The position numbers and the translations under genes are program-made. The notes below the pieces were generated by a model. The model saw only the letters and a program-made list of their open reading frames with translations, did not search any database and had not been told where the DNA came from. Shown one piece after another: positions 12,051 through 25,199 of a stretch of DNA of 64,000 nucleotides. The DNA is from Octopus bimaculoides (lineage: Eukaryota). The stretch is taken from positions 135,349,388-135,413,387 of the forward strand of contig NC_068984.1 of the NCBI RefSeq assembly GCF_001194135.2, read 5' to 3'. Each line of letters starts with the position of its first letter. Position 1 is the first letter of the stretch.

Positions 12051-12904
12051 ACTGTCTTCAAAAGAGTGCCTCGACATTATCTACAAACAATGATATCGAT
12101 TAACACGACGACCTGAGAACGTAAATTTTCAGATCATTATAAACGTTTCTAACGTATAGTAGGAATTAAAGAAATATAGCCAAATATAACGTCCACTGAA
12201 TCCATAAAACTGTTAAGGCAAGAAAAAGAAGAAAATAATAATAATAATAAAAAAAGCAATAAGAAAATGGATATTTGAAAAAAATAGCGAAACTAGCGCT
12301 CGGCAACAGTGGGCAATAGCTGTCGAAGCTAAAATTTAAACTTGTAGGTCGGTAGCTTCTTAATAATGTGATATAGTGGAAATTACAGCAGTTACCATCA
12401 ATATGGCAAATATAAATGATATTGACAATGGTTGTAATGTTTAATCCTACTGATCAGTTATGTACCGGAATCAGAGAAATCAACATTCGCATGCAGAACG
12501 GATGATAATCCATCACAAGTACGTAGTAGATCTTGTATATATGTCAGCAACTATGGCGTATACTATAAAGCTCCGAAAGATACAGAGGTATGCCTAGTGT
12601 GAATTTGAAGTTTTGTGGTAAGGGTTAATATTGAACGTTGATATTTTTTCCTTCATTAACGTTTTAAATAATTAATATTCATTCAAAACATACTGTATCT
12701 CTCTTGCTTGGAAATATAATTACTGTTATAAAGGATTTTATAGCATTATGATTGATTACATAACATAGCGATAAGGCACTGGATTGATTTAATCGAGAAA
12801 CCACTGATCAAGAATGCATAAAAGAAGAATAATCAAACAAGGAATTAAAAAAAATATATAAATAATTCTGCACGTCTACGTAAGTTACAAGCATTTTTAA
12901 AAAT

Positions 12905-13400
12905 CAATATTGGTTTCAAAATTTTGCCCACGGCCAGCAATTTTGGTGGAGCGGGTAAGTCGATTACGTTGACCCCTGTATTCACCTGGTGCATCTATCA
13001 TCGACCCGGAAAGGATTAAAGACAAAGTGAACCTTGGCGGAATTTCAACTCAGAACGTAAAGACGGACGAAACGCTGCTAAACAATTTTTTCCTTGTTAA
13101 TATTAAGTGTTGAGTTAAAGCGGCTCGCTGTCAGAAGCATTAGCGCGCTGGGGGTCGATAAATTAAGTTTTAGTTCTGTACTGGGGTCGATCTAATTGAC
13201 TGCTCCCCCCCTCTCCAAAAATTTCGACCCTTGGGCCTAGAAAAGAAACGAATATTAAGTCCCGAATGGCGGCAAGCTGGTAAGGAGATCGGAGAAAATG
13301 CTTAGCGTCATTTCATTTGCCGACTTTGTCCTTCATCTTCTATAATTCACTAGCTCCTTTCCTCAAAATTTCAGGCCTTGTGCCTATAGTAGGAAAATTA
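12905..13400. mobile_element. Three adjacent Nin/Deu SINE pieces: one minus (~12905-13090), then two internally deleted plus copies (~13110-13255, ~13262-13400)
   Basis: Shared GGGGTCGAT core and GGCCTTGTGCCTATAGTAG tail in opposite orientations. Confidence 0.7.
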
Positions 13401-13429
13401 TTATCGAATGCAGTGGAGTGAGGGAATCG

Positions 13430-13491
13430 TTAAAAATATGCCGCGGCTTCTCGTTCTTCCTCGAAATCCAGCCCCGTGTGGCTGCCTCCTT
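13430..13491 (-). CDS. Candidate terminal coding exon (E)GGSHTGLDFEEEREAAAYF*
   Basis: Acceptor gtgtttctttcag| at 13492; GC-rich unique sequence; phase-1 frame stops at 13430-13432, just before a SINE. Other frames and a plus-strand donor (CTGG|gtacgt) are also possible. Confidence 0.2.
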
Positions 13492-14613
13492 CTGAAAGAA
13501 ACACTGGGTACGTATTAACCATTGCTTAGCAAAATTTAGTGTGTCTAATATTAAAAATAGCCAATCAATATCGATTGTTCTGTCTTCGATACAGTTTGGG
13601 ATTAAGTTGGCAGCAGTTAATTACATGTATGTTAGTTGAGTCCGACAACATCCACGAGGGTGCACTATTGAAGTGCTGTGGAATTTAACGTATCGTTCTA
13701 TCTTCTACACAAAGTCGTTAGCGCTGTAAATTATGTTATGTCGCGGAATGAAAACTATTGTAAAATCTGATAGGAGATATTCATTCTGTACCAGTTAATG
13801 TACTATGACATTTTATTGCCATTTTAATATCTTATCAGATGACCTTTTATTATAAACTATATTCTGATGTGGTATTCAGGAAATAATATATTATGTTTAT
13901 TTCATTTCATGGTATCGTTCTGATACAGAGAAGGCATGCGTGGTGTATAATAATATTTTATGATATCACATCCTGTAAAAACATCATATAAAATGATATA
14001 AACTGATTTTATCTCATTGAAAGTATTGACATCGCACAGCACAAAAGAAAGTAAAACATTACAATTAGTAAAGCTTTGCCTGATGGGTTTAAACTAAAGA
14101 ATTAGCTCTAAAACAATAAAACAACATCCCAAAATCAATGCAATATCGGTGAAATAAATCAATTGTAGTTAACATGAGACAACTAATCTTTTTAATGGCT
14201 GACCTACGGGAATTGAAGCGGAGAAGTATCTGAGAGGCGAACGACCAGGAGGGAGTGAGTGGCTGGGAAATAAAACTGATGAGCGAGATAGGAGTTTAAA
14301 AAAAAAAAATCTAAGAGGGTGAAAGGAATAGGATGACGCATAGAAATAATGTGTAGATGAAAGGGTGAGGCAAGGTAGGGGCTAAATAGAGATAGACGAA
14401 CGGCAGTGTACAGTTTAAAATTAAAAATATTTCACATGTTTAGCACTATTTTATGTAAATATATACTTTTACCTTTCTTCCACACAACCATATATATACA
14501 TAGATATCATGTATACGTAGATTCATACATAAACGCATTCATATGTATATATTTGTATGTATGTATACATATATATGACTGTGTGTGTTTATATGTATAT
14601 ATATGAATACATA

Positions 14614-14652
<39 letters not shown>

Positions 14653-14774
14653 AATACAACCTACAATTTATCTGTATTGCCGTAAACATCTATTATCTCT
14701 CTGAATAGCTTTCATGCCTGTATATCCCTCAGCCTCTCTCCATCTCACTAGTTTTTGTCTCAAATGTATATCTG

Positions 14775-14820
<46 letters not shown>

Positions 14821-15544
14821 TATAGACATACACACCCACGCGCGCGCACACACACACACATATAAGTACTGACATATGTTTGAATATATATGTGCATATA
14901 TATCTAAATGTAAGCTTTTGACGTAATATAAAACATAAATCTACTGCAATTGTCAAGCAAATTCCCAAAGGGCTAAAGAATATATATTTCAAAGAGTAAC
15001 TTTTGTGCCGCCAGTAAATGGAGTAAATGGATATATAATGAAAATATTCAATTTAACAATGTAAGGAACATTTACCAATATATTTCCAACATGCGTCAAT
15101 GCACATATGTTAAAATACAAAGCAGTTTGATAACAATGTATTTACAGGCAAATAAAAGATTCTTCTTTTCAAGATTTACTTTTCCCTTTGGTGAATATGA
15201 AGCAGTAAAATATAGGAAGCACCAGTTTTAATTAATTGCAATGTAAGCAATAATTTATCACTTTACCTATTATCATCCGATACGAATATGTTGTATTCAT
15301 TTATGTATCATCATTAACGTTTGTTTTGCTTTTTTTTTCCTGTTTCGCACGTTCACCTATATTGATTCATAGACGTATTTGTACTTCAGCAAACGTATAC
15401 AGACCGCATAATGACAATTCCGCACATTCCGATTCACATAGATATACAAAATTACATAAATACAGATATACATGTAAATATCAAAGTCTACGATTTAAAT
15501 ATGATTGTGCGTGTAAGAATGTATGTATATGTACAAATTATAGT

Positions 15545-15611
<67 letters not shown>

Positions 15612-15931
15612 GTATGTGTGTGCGTGCGTNNNNNNNNNNNNNNNNNNNNNNNNNNNNNNNNNNNNNNNNNNNNNNNNNNNNNNNNNNNNNNNNNNNNNNN
15701 NNNNNNNNNNNNNNNNNNNNNNNNNNNNNNNNNNNNNNNNNNNNNNNNNNNNNNNNNNNNNNNNNNNNNNNNNNNNNNNNNNNNNNNNNNNNNNNNNNNN
15801 NNNNNNNNNNNNNNNNNNNNNNNNNNNNNNNNNNNNNNNNNNNNNNNNNNNNNNNNNNNNNNNNNNNNNNNNNNNNNNNNNNNNNNNNNNNNNNNNNNNN
15901 NNNNNNNNNNNNNNNNNNNNNNNNNNNNNNN

Positions 15932-15992
<61 letters not shown>

Positions 15993-17221
15993 GTTCGAGT
16001 ATTTGTAACAGTTTACACGCGTACATACGTGCGTTTCTTCATGCGTGTATGCGTGTATATGGGCGTGTCCAAAGGTGAGTGTGCGTGCGTCCATGCGTAC
16101 ATGTATAACATATGCAGTCCTCTCATTTTACTCAGCCTCCCACCAGTGAGTCTATCCCTCCGACCTCTACGATCGGATGCTCCCTTCCCAGCTATTGTCC
16201 GCAGTAAACCCGTGTATTCACGAATGTTAGAGGACATACTTGCAACTGCAAGAGAACAACCGTGTGTTAGCTTTTCACCGCCCTGGCTGTACAGCCCCGG
16301 CCGGGAAGTATCGGCCAGGGAATTTGATGACAAGATAATGGTGGGAATTGAATGACACATTAAAATGGATATAGAGAAATGAATGTAGTATCATTGTGAT
16401 ATAGAATTTAGCATTAAGCATATTCCTATTGTCATTGTTATTTTATGTAGCTAGTTACATTTACATTTCTGATACGTAAACCGCCCCAGGAAACACGCAA
16501 GTACATTAACTTAAATATACCAATACACACGTTTATCGATACTTCAGGAACTAATTTTCAGAAAAATAACTAAACGATTTCACGAACCATTCCTGTAATA
16601 AGTACACTAACGCTCAGATATACACATAAACACATTCACACACACAATCATGCGAAGTCACATTCACAAGAAGACATGGAAAGTCACCTTCCCAGCCTCT
16701 GTTTACATTAGGCGGACACACAAACGTCTGTGTTTTGGGTAGAGATAAAAATATAAATGCATAACTCTTAATAATAGTTAGCACTAAAAGGAGATCTTAG
16801 ATTATTTTATTTTAAGATACAACGATAAAAAAAAGTCGCATTATCTGATATATAAGTAAGAGAATTCTTTGTTATTATTAATTCATATTCCGTTATGGAC
16901 AAAAAAAACCAACATAAACATTTTTTCAAATTATTTTTCAGCTGATAAATTTGTCTCGAATATATTTTAAGCATTTTATCTGTTCATCATTGGTAATGCT
17001 ATTGATTTGTAAAGTATTGTCAAACGACAGTAGCCTGAAACTATTAAAATAATTAATATGTAACGCCAATCTAAATATTCAGTTAGAAAATATCTTGAAC
17101 AAAAGTTGTTAACAAATCTTATATGACCTGTCCTTCAATTGTTTCAATGAGTTTTGTCATATGATTTACATGTAGGTCCTGTTTAAATAATAAAGACTGT
17201 TACGTATTTTAATAGTCAGTA

Positions 17222-17594
17222 TGTGGGTTGGCACTCCGTCGATTACGACGTCGAGTGTTCCAGTCGATCCGATCAACGGAACAGCCTGCTCGTGAAATTA
17301 ACGTGCAAGTGGCTGAGCACTCCACAGACACGTGTACCCTTAACGTAGTTCTCGGGGATATTCAGCGTGACACAGTGTGACAAGGCTGACCCTTTGAATT
17401 ACAGGCACAACAGAAACCGGAAGAGAGAGTGAGAGAAAGTTGTGGTGGAAGAGTACAGCAGGGTTCGCCACCATCCCCTGCCAGAGCCTCGTGGAGCTTT
17501 AGGTGTTTTCGCTCAATAAAGACTCACGACACCCGGTCTGGGAATCTATGACCGCGAGTCCGCTGCCCTAACCACTGGGCCATCGTGCCTCCAC
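17222..17594 (-). mobile_element. tRNA-derived SINE (third family, Arg-like head), near full length
   Basis: Reverse strand GTGGAGGCACGATGGCCCAGTGGTTAGGGCAGCGGACTCGCGG..GATTCCCAGACCGGG (box A plus partial box B), followed by an undegraded-looking body ending ...GGAGTGCCAACCCAC. Confidence 0.8.
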
Positions 17595-17624
17595 TAATAG
17601 TCAGTATGAGTACTTCGAAAGAGA

Positions 17625-17830
17625 GAGCGCATGACCTAGTAGGAAAAGTAGAGCACACTTGATCCCAGATCGTGGGTTCGACTTCAGGACTCGGTGGTGC
17701 AAAACATTTTATCTGACGTTCCTCTTCCACATTTAAATGTGTTGTACCTGTACAGGTAATGTCGATGGATGGAGTGAGTGAACTGATGTTCAACAGAAAC
17801 ATTTGATCACTATAAACAAATCATCTGTGC
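17625..17830 (+). mobile_element. tRNA-derived SINE (fourth family), degenerate
   Basis: GCGCATGACCTAGTAGG (box A-like) and GGGTTCGACTTC (box B-like), then a non-tRNA body. Confidence 0.5.
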
Positions 17831-18581
17831 TGCTTCTTCACCAAGAAATTGCAGAACAATTCTTCTCAGATTCAATAGATTACCATTAAGATTATTTCCC
17901 AGAGCTGTTCTCTGCGACTGTTTCGTGAATTGGAATCAGATTCACGCAAAAATTGAAAGAAGTTCATGCAAAAACAGCGTCCACCTATTCCCTCTTCTAA
18001 TTTTTTATTTAATGAAATTCTGTTTCGCATTAAATTTCTAACATGTACCATCTTAACCTTTCATAAAATGTGTGCACCACACTTTTGCAGTTCTTCTTCT
18101 CTATTTTGAATTTACTTATTCATTGTTGTCAAATATGTATGTCGTTTAATGTTCAGACAGACATTTAGAAGCTGACCGATCTTTTATGTAACTACATTCC
18201 AAATTCAAGAATGAATTAATATGAAATATTCCGGACGCAGATATGTCATTCTACTGCCAATATCGTGCGACAATTGCCGCAGATGTATTTCAGTTCAGAC
18301 ATATTATAGCTTTAATAATTTAGATCATAAATTATTAGTTCAGCATAATTAAGAACAGATGTCATATAGAATATCTGCTATATAACTGAAGAAAATATTT
18401 ACAAATCGATGACAGTGATTTATGCTTGGAACAATAGATATTTAGATATTTTTCTATGCGGTTATTAATTCAATAGTTCTCCAGAAAATTCTGAATTTTC
18501 GTTTTGTCTGATAAAACATACATTAAAATTGTTGATATTTTCTCTGATTAAATATTCTGAACAGTAATTTCGATATATATA

Positions 18582-19440
18582 CGTGGTCTGATCAATAAGG
18601 ATCCGAACTGTTGGTATCGTAACGAAGCTAAAACACGGAGAGCAAAACAGCTTGGCACAGATTGACCTTGAACTCTGTTGTGCATGCGCACTAATTTTGA
18701 ATGTTCTAGGAAGGTGTGTGCTGTGTGATCGTCTCATTCACCATGAGAGAAAGAGAGAGTTAAGCAGAGAATCTGCATCAAATTTTGCCAAAAGCTCGGT
18801 GATACCTGCTCAGAGGCCTACGCAAAGTTTTCAAAAAGTTTTTATCGTTGTCCTCGACACTGTCAAGGAGATCTTGTGCAACCGAAATCCGAGAGTCCTT
18901 TTGTTCAGCTGAAAGTAGTTTGGGAACAAACTTGGCATACGCGTGTCTCATATCCAAATCTTCAGTGATAATGGACTGAACTGAACCGTAACTAATCTGC
19001 ACATCCTCTGATAGCTCACAGATGGTAATTCACGATTTCCCGTAACAGTTGCACGTACATCTGCGATATTTGTCTCTGTTTTGCCGGTTGCGGTTCTTCC
19101 AGAACGTTCATCAATATCGACATTTTCCGGCCATCTTGGAAACCACTCGTACACTTGTCTGCGGCTCACACACTCCGCTCCATACACTTTCTGCGACTTT
19201 GCTTAAGCGTCTGAGCAGGTATCGCCATGACATCTTTCTCTTCTGTGATCGATACGGCGATCACACGCTACACACCTTTCTACCAAGCAATTTTATAAAC
19301 AGCGGAAGTGAGCTAGCACATTAACACTTAGTGCTCATGCACAGAAGAGTTCAATTTCAATCTGTGCCAAGCAGCCTGAAGCTGTATGCTTCAGCTTCGT
19401 TACTATGGCAACAGTCTGGAAACTTATTGATTCGACCTCG
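18582..19440 (-). mobile_element. Internally deleted mariner-type DNA transposon with ~128-bp terminal inverted repeats, TA-flanked
   Basis: TIRs align without gaps (97/128 identical by my count), with TA on both sides. Transposase N-terminal pieces: YGAECVSRRQVYEWF...DERSGR and ISYGSVQSIITEDLDMRHAYAKFVPKLLSAEQK (WVPH.L-like motif). Catalytic domain absent. Confidence 0.9.
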
Positions 19441-19619
19441 TATATATAAAAAAATGGAGGACAGTTGAACACACGATTACCTTATGTACTTCACTAGCTT
19501 TGTGATGGACCGGCGTCCCGTCCAGGTGAGGACTCTATACGACAATCAAACCGAGAAACCGGCCCTTATGAGACAGGAATGCCTCGAGAAGGAACAAAAA
19601 CAACTTCAGTAGCTTACGA

Positions 19620-19745
19620 AAACTCACATGGTCCTTATTTCATCGACCACCGAAATGAAAACTCGACAGAATATTCAGGACGTAAAGACGGACGCAATGA
19701 CGCTAAGCATTGGGTACGGCGTGCTAACCGCTCTGCCGGTTCGTC
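19620..19745 (-). mobile_element. Nin/Deu SINE fragment
   Basis: TTTCATCGACCACCGAAATGAAAACTCGAC...GTAAAGACGGACG...CTAAGCATT...GTGCTAAC. Confidence 0.6.
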
Positions 19746-20248
19746 AGTTCGCCAACAAACACATCATTAAAATATGAAATACATATAACTCGCTATTAAA
19801 AAGGAGTTAATAAAAGCGGATTGGGAAATGTCTTCCAGGGGACGTTACTTAATAGCAACCTGAATAAAAATTGATTCCACCCATTCTCTTCAAACACAAT
19901 ATAAACACAGGTTCACTGAAAAATATTGCATATTTACTTGAACAAAATACATATATATTGATACAAGTTAAACGTATCAGCATAATCAGTGAAATTCTGA
20001 ATATATACGCTTCGAGACTCAAACCGCTGCGAATAACAGTTGATTGCTTCTAGGTTCTGAGCGAACTCAAACAGAATAATTTAATTTAACATGTCATCTC
20101 TGTAATAAAGAAGCCAGCAGACGGCAAAACGTGTGATAGAAGATTAGAGGAATGAGATGGAAAGTGTTCTAATATAGATTACATTGGAGTCAGATATTAT
20201 TAAGATTATAGCGAATCCTTACTCATCTAATGCGACCGTTCTCATTAC

Positions 20249-20289
20249 CAAGCTTGATGCATCATTCTTGGCTTCTAGCTGACATCCAG
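20249..20289 (-). CDS. Weak candidate 41-nt exon (x)GCQLEAKNDASSL
   Basis: tgtttattttgatag| ... TTG|gtaatg; only one frame is open. Short, so could be chance. Confidence 0.15.
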
Positions 20290-20400
20290 CTATCAAAATA
20301 AACACCCCGCCATAGCATATATTATTCACACATACACACACACACGTACACACACAACACACACACATACGTATACTTATATATATGTACATACATATAC

Positions 20401-20574
20401 ATGGTCAGGAGTGGCTGTGTGGTAAGTAACATGCTTACCAACCACATGTTTCCGGGTTCAGTCCTACTGCGTGGCACCTTGGGCAAGTATCTTCTACTAT
20501 AGCCTCAGGTCGACCAATTCCTTATGAGAGGATTTGTTAGGCGGAAACTGAAAGAAGCCCGTCGTATATATATA

Positions 20575-20616
<42 letters not shown>

Positions 20617-20850
20617 TGTGTATTTATGTGTGTATATTTTTGTTTGTCCGTTTGTCCTCCCAACATCGCTTGACAACCGATGCTGATGTGTTTACGTCCC
20701 CATAACTTAGTGGTTCGGCCTAAGAGACCAATAGAATAAGTCCTAGGCCTACAACTAGAAAGTCCTGGCGTCGGTTTACTCCACTAAAGGCGGTGCTCCA
20801 GTATGACCGCAGCCAAATGACTGAAACACGTAAAAGAAAAGAATAAAAAC
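20401..20850 (+). mobile_element. CORE-type tRNA-derived SINE, full length (same family as 6425-6812)
   Basis: GGAGTGGCTGTGTGGTAAG...CCGGGTTCAGTCCTACTGCGTGGCACCTTGGGCAAGT, internal (TA)/(TG) tract, tail GACTGAAACACGTAAAAGAAAAGAATAAAA. Confidence 0.85.
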
Positions 20851-21003
20851 AGAATATATATGTACTTATGTATACACACACACACGCATATATCTATACA
20901 TATTTATTCATATATATGTATGCATACATATACACGTACGCATGTATAAACACGCAGTCACATACACACTCATATATATATACATATAATGATGTAATAC
21001 ATG

Positions 21004-21046
<43 letters not shown>

Positions 21047-21454
21047 NNNNNNNNNNNNNNNNNNNNNNNNNNNNNNNNNNNNNNNNNNNNNNNNNNNNNN
21101 NNNNNNNNNNNNNNNNNNNNNNNNNNNNNNNNNNNNNNNNNNNNNNNNNNNNNNNNNNNNNNNNNNNNNNNNNNNNNNNNNNNNNNNNNNNNNNNNNNNN
21201 NNNNNNNNNNNNNNNNNNNNNNNNNNNNNNNNNNNNNNNNNNNNNNNNNNNNNNNNNNNNNNNNNNNNNNNNNNNNNNNNNNNNNNNNNNNNNNNNNNNN
21301 NNNNNNNNNNNNNNNNNNNNNNNNNNNNNNNNNNNNNNNNNNNNNNNNNNNNNNNNNNNNNNNNNNNNNNNNNNNNNNNNNNNNNNNNNNNNNNNNNNNN
21401 NNNNNNNNNNNNNNNNNNNNNNNNNNNNNNNNNNNNNNNNNNNNNCAGAATTCT

Positions 21455-21650
21455 TTTCTAGTCTAGGCCCAAGGCCCAAAATTTTGCGGGAGGGGGCCAA
21501 TAAGCAACTGGTACGTACTTTATCGACCCCAAAAGGATGAAATCCATAGACGACCCCGGCGGAATTTGAACTCAGAAAATAAAGACAGACAAAATGCCGT
21601 TAAGCATTTCGCCCGACGTGCTTAACGTTTCTGCCAACTCACCACCCTCT
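21455..21650 (-). mobile_element. Nin/Deu SINE followed by (CTGT)n at ~21657-21745
   Basis: TTATCGACCCCAAAAGGATGAAA...GGCGGAATTTGAACTCAGA...TTAAGCATTTCGCCCGACGTGCTTAACG. Confidence 0.8.
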
Positions 21651-21672
21651 CGGTTCTGTCTGTCTGTCTGTA

Positions 21673-21711
<39 letters not shown>

Positions 21712-21712
21712 A

Positions 21713-21744
<32 letters not shown>

Positions 21745-24219
21745 ACCCAGTCTGTATGTCTGTCTTCTATCTATCTATAGATGTATGCGCGTCCACAGAT
21801 ATAGTTAGAAGCTTCTCGTCCCTACTTAAACTGTACTTCCTAAATACACATGAGCACTACAGACCTATCAACATCTAAACGTTTAAGGCTTGGGTATTGT
21901 GAGCTTCGTGCTGCAAAAATGGCTTCCAGTATACAACGGTAAAACAGTAGAAGCGCATCGATTCAACTTCCAACTGCCGAAACCTTACCAACTACCGCAT
22001 GTCTACTCTCACGTGTTGTCTAAAAAGCTACTCGCGCACAACTCAATGTTATGTTGAAAACCATATGGACCAAAAAGTAAAAAAAAAAAAACATTAACGA
22101 AAATGTGAAATCATGCAATAATTTTCGTGCAGGACCAAGAAAAACTTTAATACTCTGCTCTCTGCATAACGAGACTTCGACATCAAGATAATGAATATTG
22201 CATTGTCAGGTGGGACAATTTTGAAATGATCCACCCTTGCTTGCCGGGCATTCATAATTGCTCATTATTCGAATGCGAGCTACTGCAATGTCCATCAGGA
22301 GAAAGCGCATCTGATATTGTTGTATTCACGCAGATATCTCCTAATGAACCTCAAGTTATAAACTGCTATACGTTGACCACTAATACTGCGTGAACTGTGA
22401 ACATATCTCATTTCGGCCCGTACGCCACAGCTACTATGTGAACAAACCTTGTGCTTGTCCATAGAGAAATTCCGTGAACCACTTCCTAAACAAATGTTTT
22501 AAATATAGCCACATACTTACTACAGGAATAATTTTCATCTGACCTCGATGGTACTCGAACATTATCATCTAATATTTATACAATCGTTGCTTTACCATAA
22601 TAAGAAGCGTTAGTAAACACATGTTCGCGCCTGATATCACTTAATTGGCATATTTTAAGCGTAGCTGACTATCTAATGCCACCATACGACCCTTTTCACC
22701 AAGAATGAAGTTATTTGTTGGTATTCTATCAATTGAAAGTATTTGACTTTAACTGACCAATGGGGTATGCAAAATACTCTCGTTTTGTGTTTTTATCGTA
22801 ATTCATAAGATACAATGAGATGTTTGGGATTTGGCATATATGGAATTTCATGTACGTGAGATTGAGTGAATTTGGTAATCAATATATTCAGTTTTCCCGA
22901 TATATTTTGAGAAGATATTGTTTTCTTAAACCAGCAACACGTAAGACATTAAACGCTGCAAGATCAGGGAGAAGTAGAAGTTCCTGACAGGTTACTGAAT
23001 CCTGATGACTCACGCGTTGCTATGAACATTTCGTTTTCTTCCTCAATTTGCATTCGTTTACCTGACTCAAATATATGCCATCCATTGTTTGTAAATATTC
23101 TTCAACTCTAGTTTACTGCTATGTTCAAAGACAAGCTTGCGGAGGGAAAGAGTATTTAACATAACACACGTTCGATATAACAGAAAGCATAGAATAACGT
23201 AATGGAAGAATAGATCACATGCTGCACTGAACAGTGCTGCACACTTCAATTACAAATAATAACTGTGTTCCGCTACGTTTCTGTCAATTTCATGAGCAGA
23301 CAATTTTACTACCTTTCAGCTATATATATATATATTTTTAAAAATATAATAATTAAGGGGACATGCAGCAAGAATCCTATGAGGCTTTTGTCAGCGTAGT
23401 TTATATAATATGATAGCGGAAATGTTTTATTATAATTAATAATGCGCGCACGATGAAAGAACTCACACAGAAACACACGTACACACACGCACACATATAT
23501 TCATACATTCATTCATACAGAGAGATACACTGAAACATGCTGTAACCAGGGACACGCGCGTGATTGTCAGAACATTATTTTTGTTCTCTGATTATAATAG
23601 GGAATTAATTGTTTGATTAATTACCGTATTATGTGCTTTCATTTTAAAGACTAGCTTCCCCGTTTCCGAAATGAGAAATGTTTAGTAACATCAATCATGA
23701 CAACTAATCACCATGACAACTAAAATGAGAGAGCTTTAAATTTTCCTTTACACTTCATAATGTAAAATTAAAAAGGAGGTGCAGAATGAAAGTGTACTTT
23801 AGCCTTCAGGGCGCGCTCTCAATGGTGTTGTATTTATGTACATGGCATACCTTATTGATCTATACAGTTGGGTGCCTACGCGTTTCCAATCAGAACGTTT
23901 AGTAAATGTTAATGTTTATTGCGGTTTTCTCATATTATCAAACGAATCTCAATAACTTAAATTGCCGTCTCCATATTTCACGTTGCTATTTGAATCTAAC
24001 AGCACAAGGAGAAATTATTGATCAAAGTCTAATTTTAATAATGGATTATCTTTAATATGTTACAAACTGTTTAATATATTATGACAGTATTTTAAGACTT
24101 TGGTGCAAAGTATATTATTTATCTGCTAATAGTAAATCAACTGCAGCTTTCAAAGATACTGCCATTATCTTAACGATAAGGACCTCAATGTTTGAACATC
24201 TTTTGAAATATTCACTCAC

Positions 24220-24254
24220 GGCTTGTGGGTTTCTTTCATCACAATACAATTCTT
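24220..24254 (-). CDS. Weak candidate 35-nt exon (E)ELYCDERNPQA
   Basis: caactaacag| ... GCC|gtgagt (consensus donor). Short, so could be chance. Confidence 0.15.
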
Positions 24255-25199
24255 CTGTTAGTTGAACATATCTCAATAAAGGTAAATTAACTCAACCTAC
24301 ACTGGTATAAAATACGAAAAATGCATCAAGAAAATTAATGTTGGTGCCTTTTAGCCCCAGAACTTGGAATTTATGATCAAAAGTATTCCACTGCTGAGTC
24401 TCCATTACATCTTTTAAGATGGTAAAAAGAGAAGTCTTCAACGAAAAAGAATAAGCAAATGTAATGTGAAGGGTGATGTCAGGTAATATTACTATCATTA
24501 ATATAGAGAGAACAAATATAATGGAAAGCTAAATTCAATCTAAAATGTTTAAACGAAAGTAGCTTTACCAAAGATTGGTATATTAAAATATAGCTTGAAA
24601 TTTAAAAATCTCTATAAAATAAATATTTTGCATTCTCAGTAAGGTACCGACACCAAAAGTGTTCAGACACAAGGCACTGTAAATGACAGATACACTGCTT
24701 TCTTATTTCCTATTATTTTGGTGTAGATTCACTTGAACGTTGATATGTTTACGCTTTACTTCCTTAGATACTAAACGTCTGCTGCTACAGTAGAATTACT
24801 ACTCTGAATATAAAACTTTATAACCAATCGCTTCAGAACATTTTGTCTGGCCCTCTGCTTCTTCTGTTTTCTGACTCACTAAGGACAACTATGGTAAAAA
24901 GTAGAAGCGAGAGCATCCACAATGGTAGTAATACTGTTAAATTTTACTGGCAAATCTAACCTAAATATAGTTTTAAAAAATGGATCCCGGTTAACCTTGG
25001 CTCAAATGTCATTTGTCTTTTTATAGTATATGTTTATGATCTCAATATCAACTTAAAACATGTTGGACTCATGATCTCAAGATTGTGGTTTCCATTCCTG
25101 GAGCGGCGACGCGTTGTATTCTTGAGCCAAACATTTCATTTTACGTCGTTCTCGTCTACACAACCGGTGAAAATTAAAATTCCTGCAACTGACTGACCT

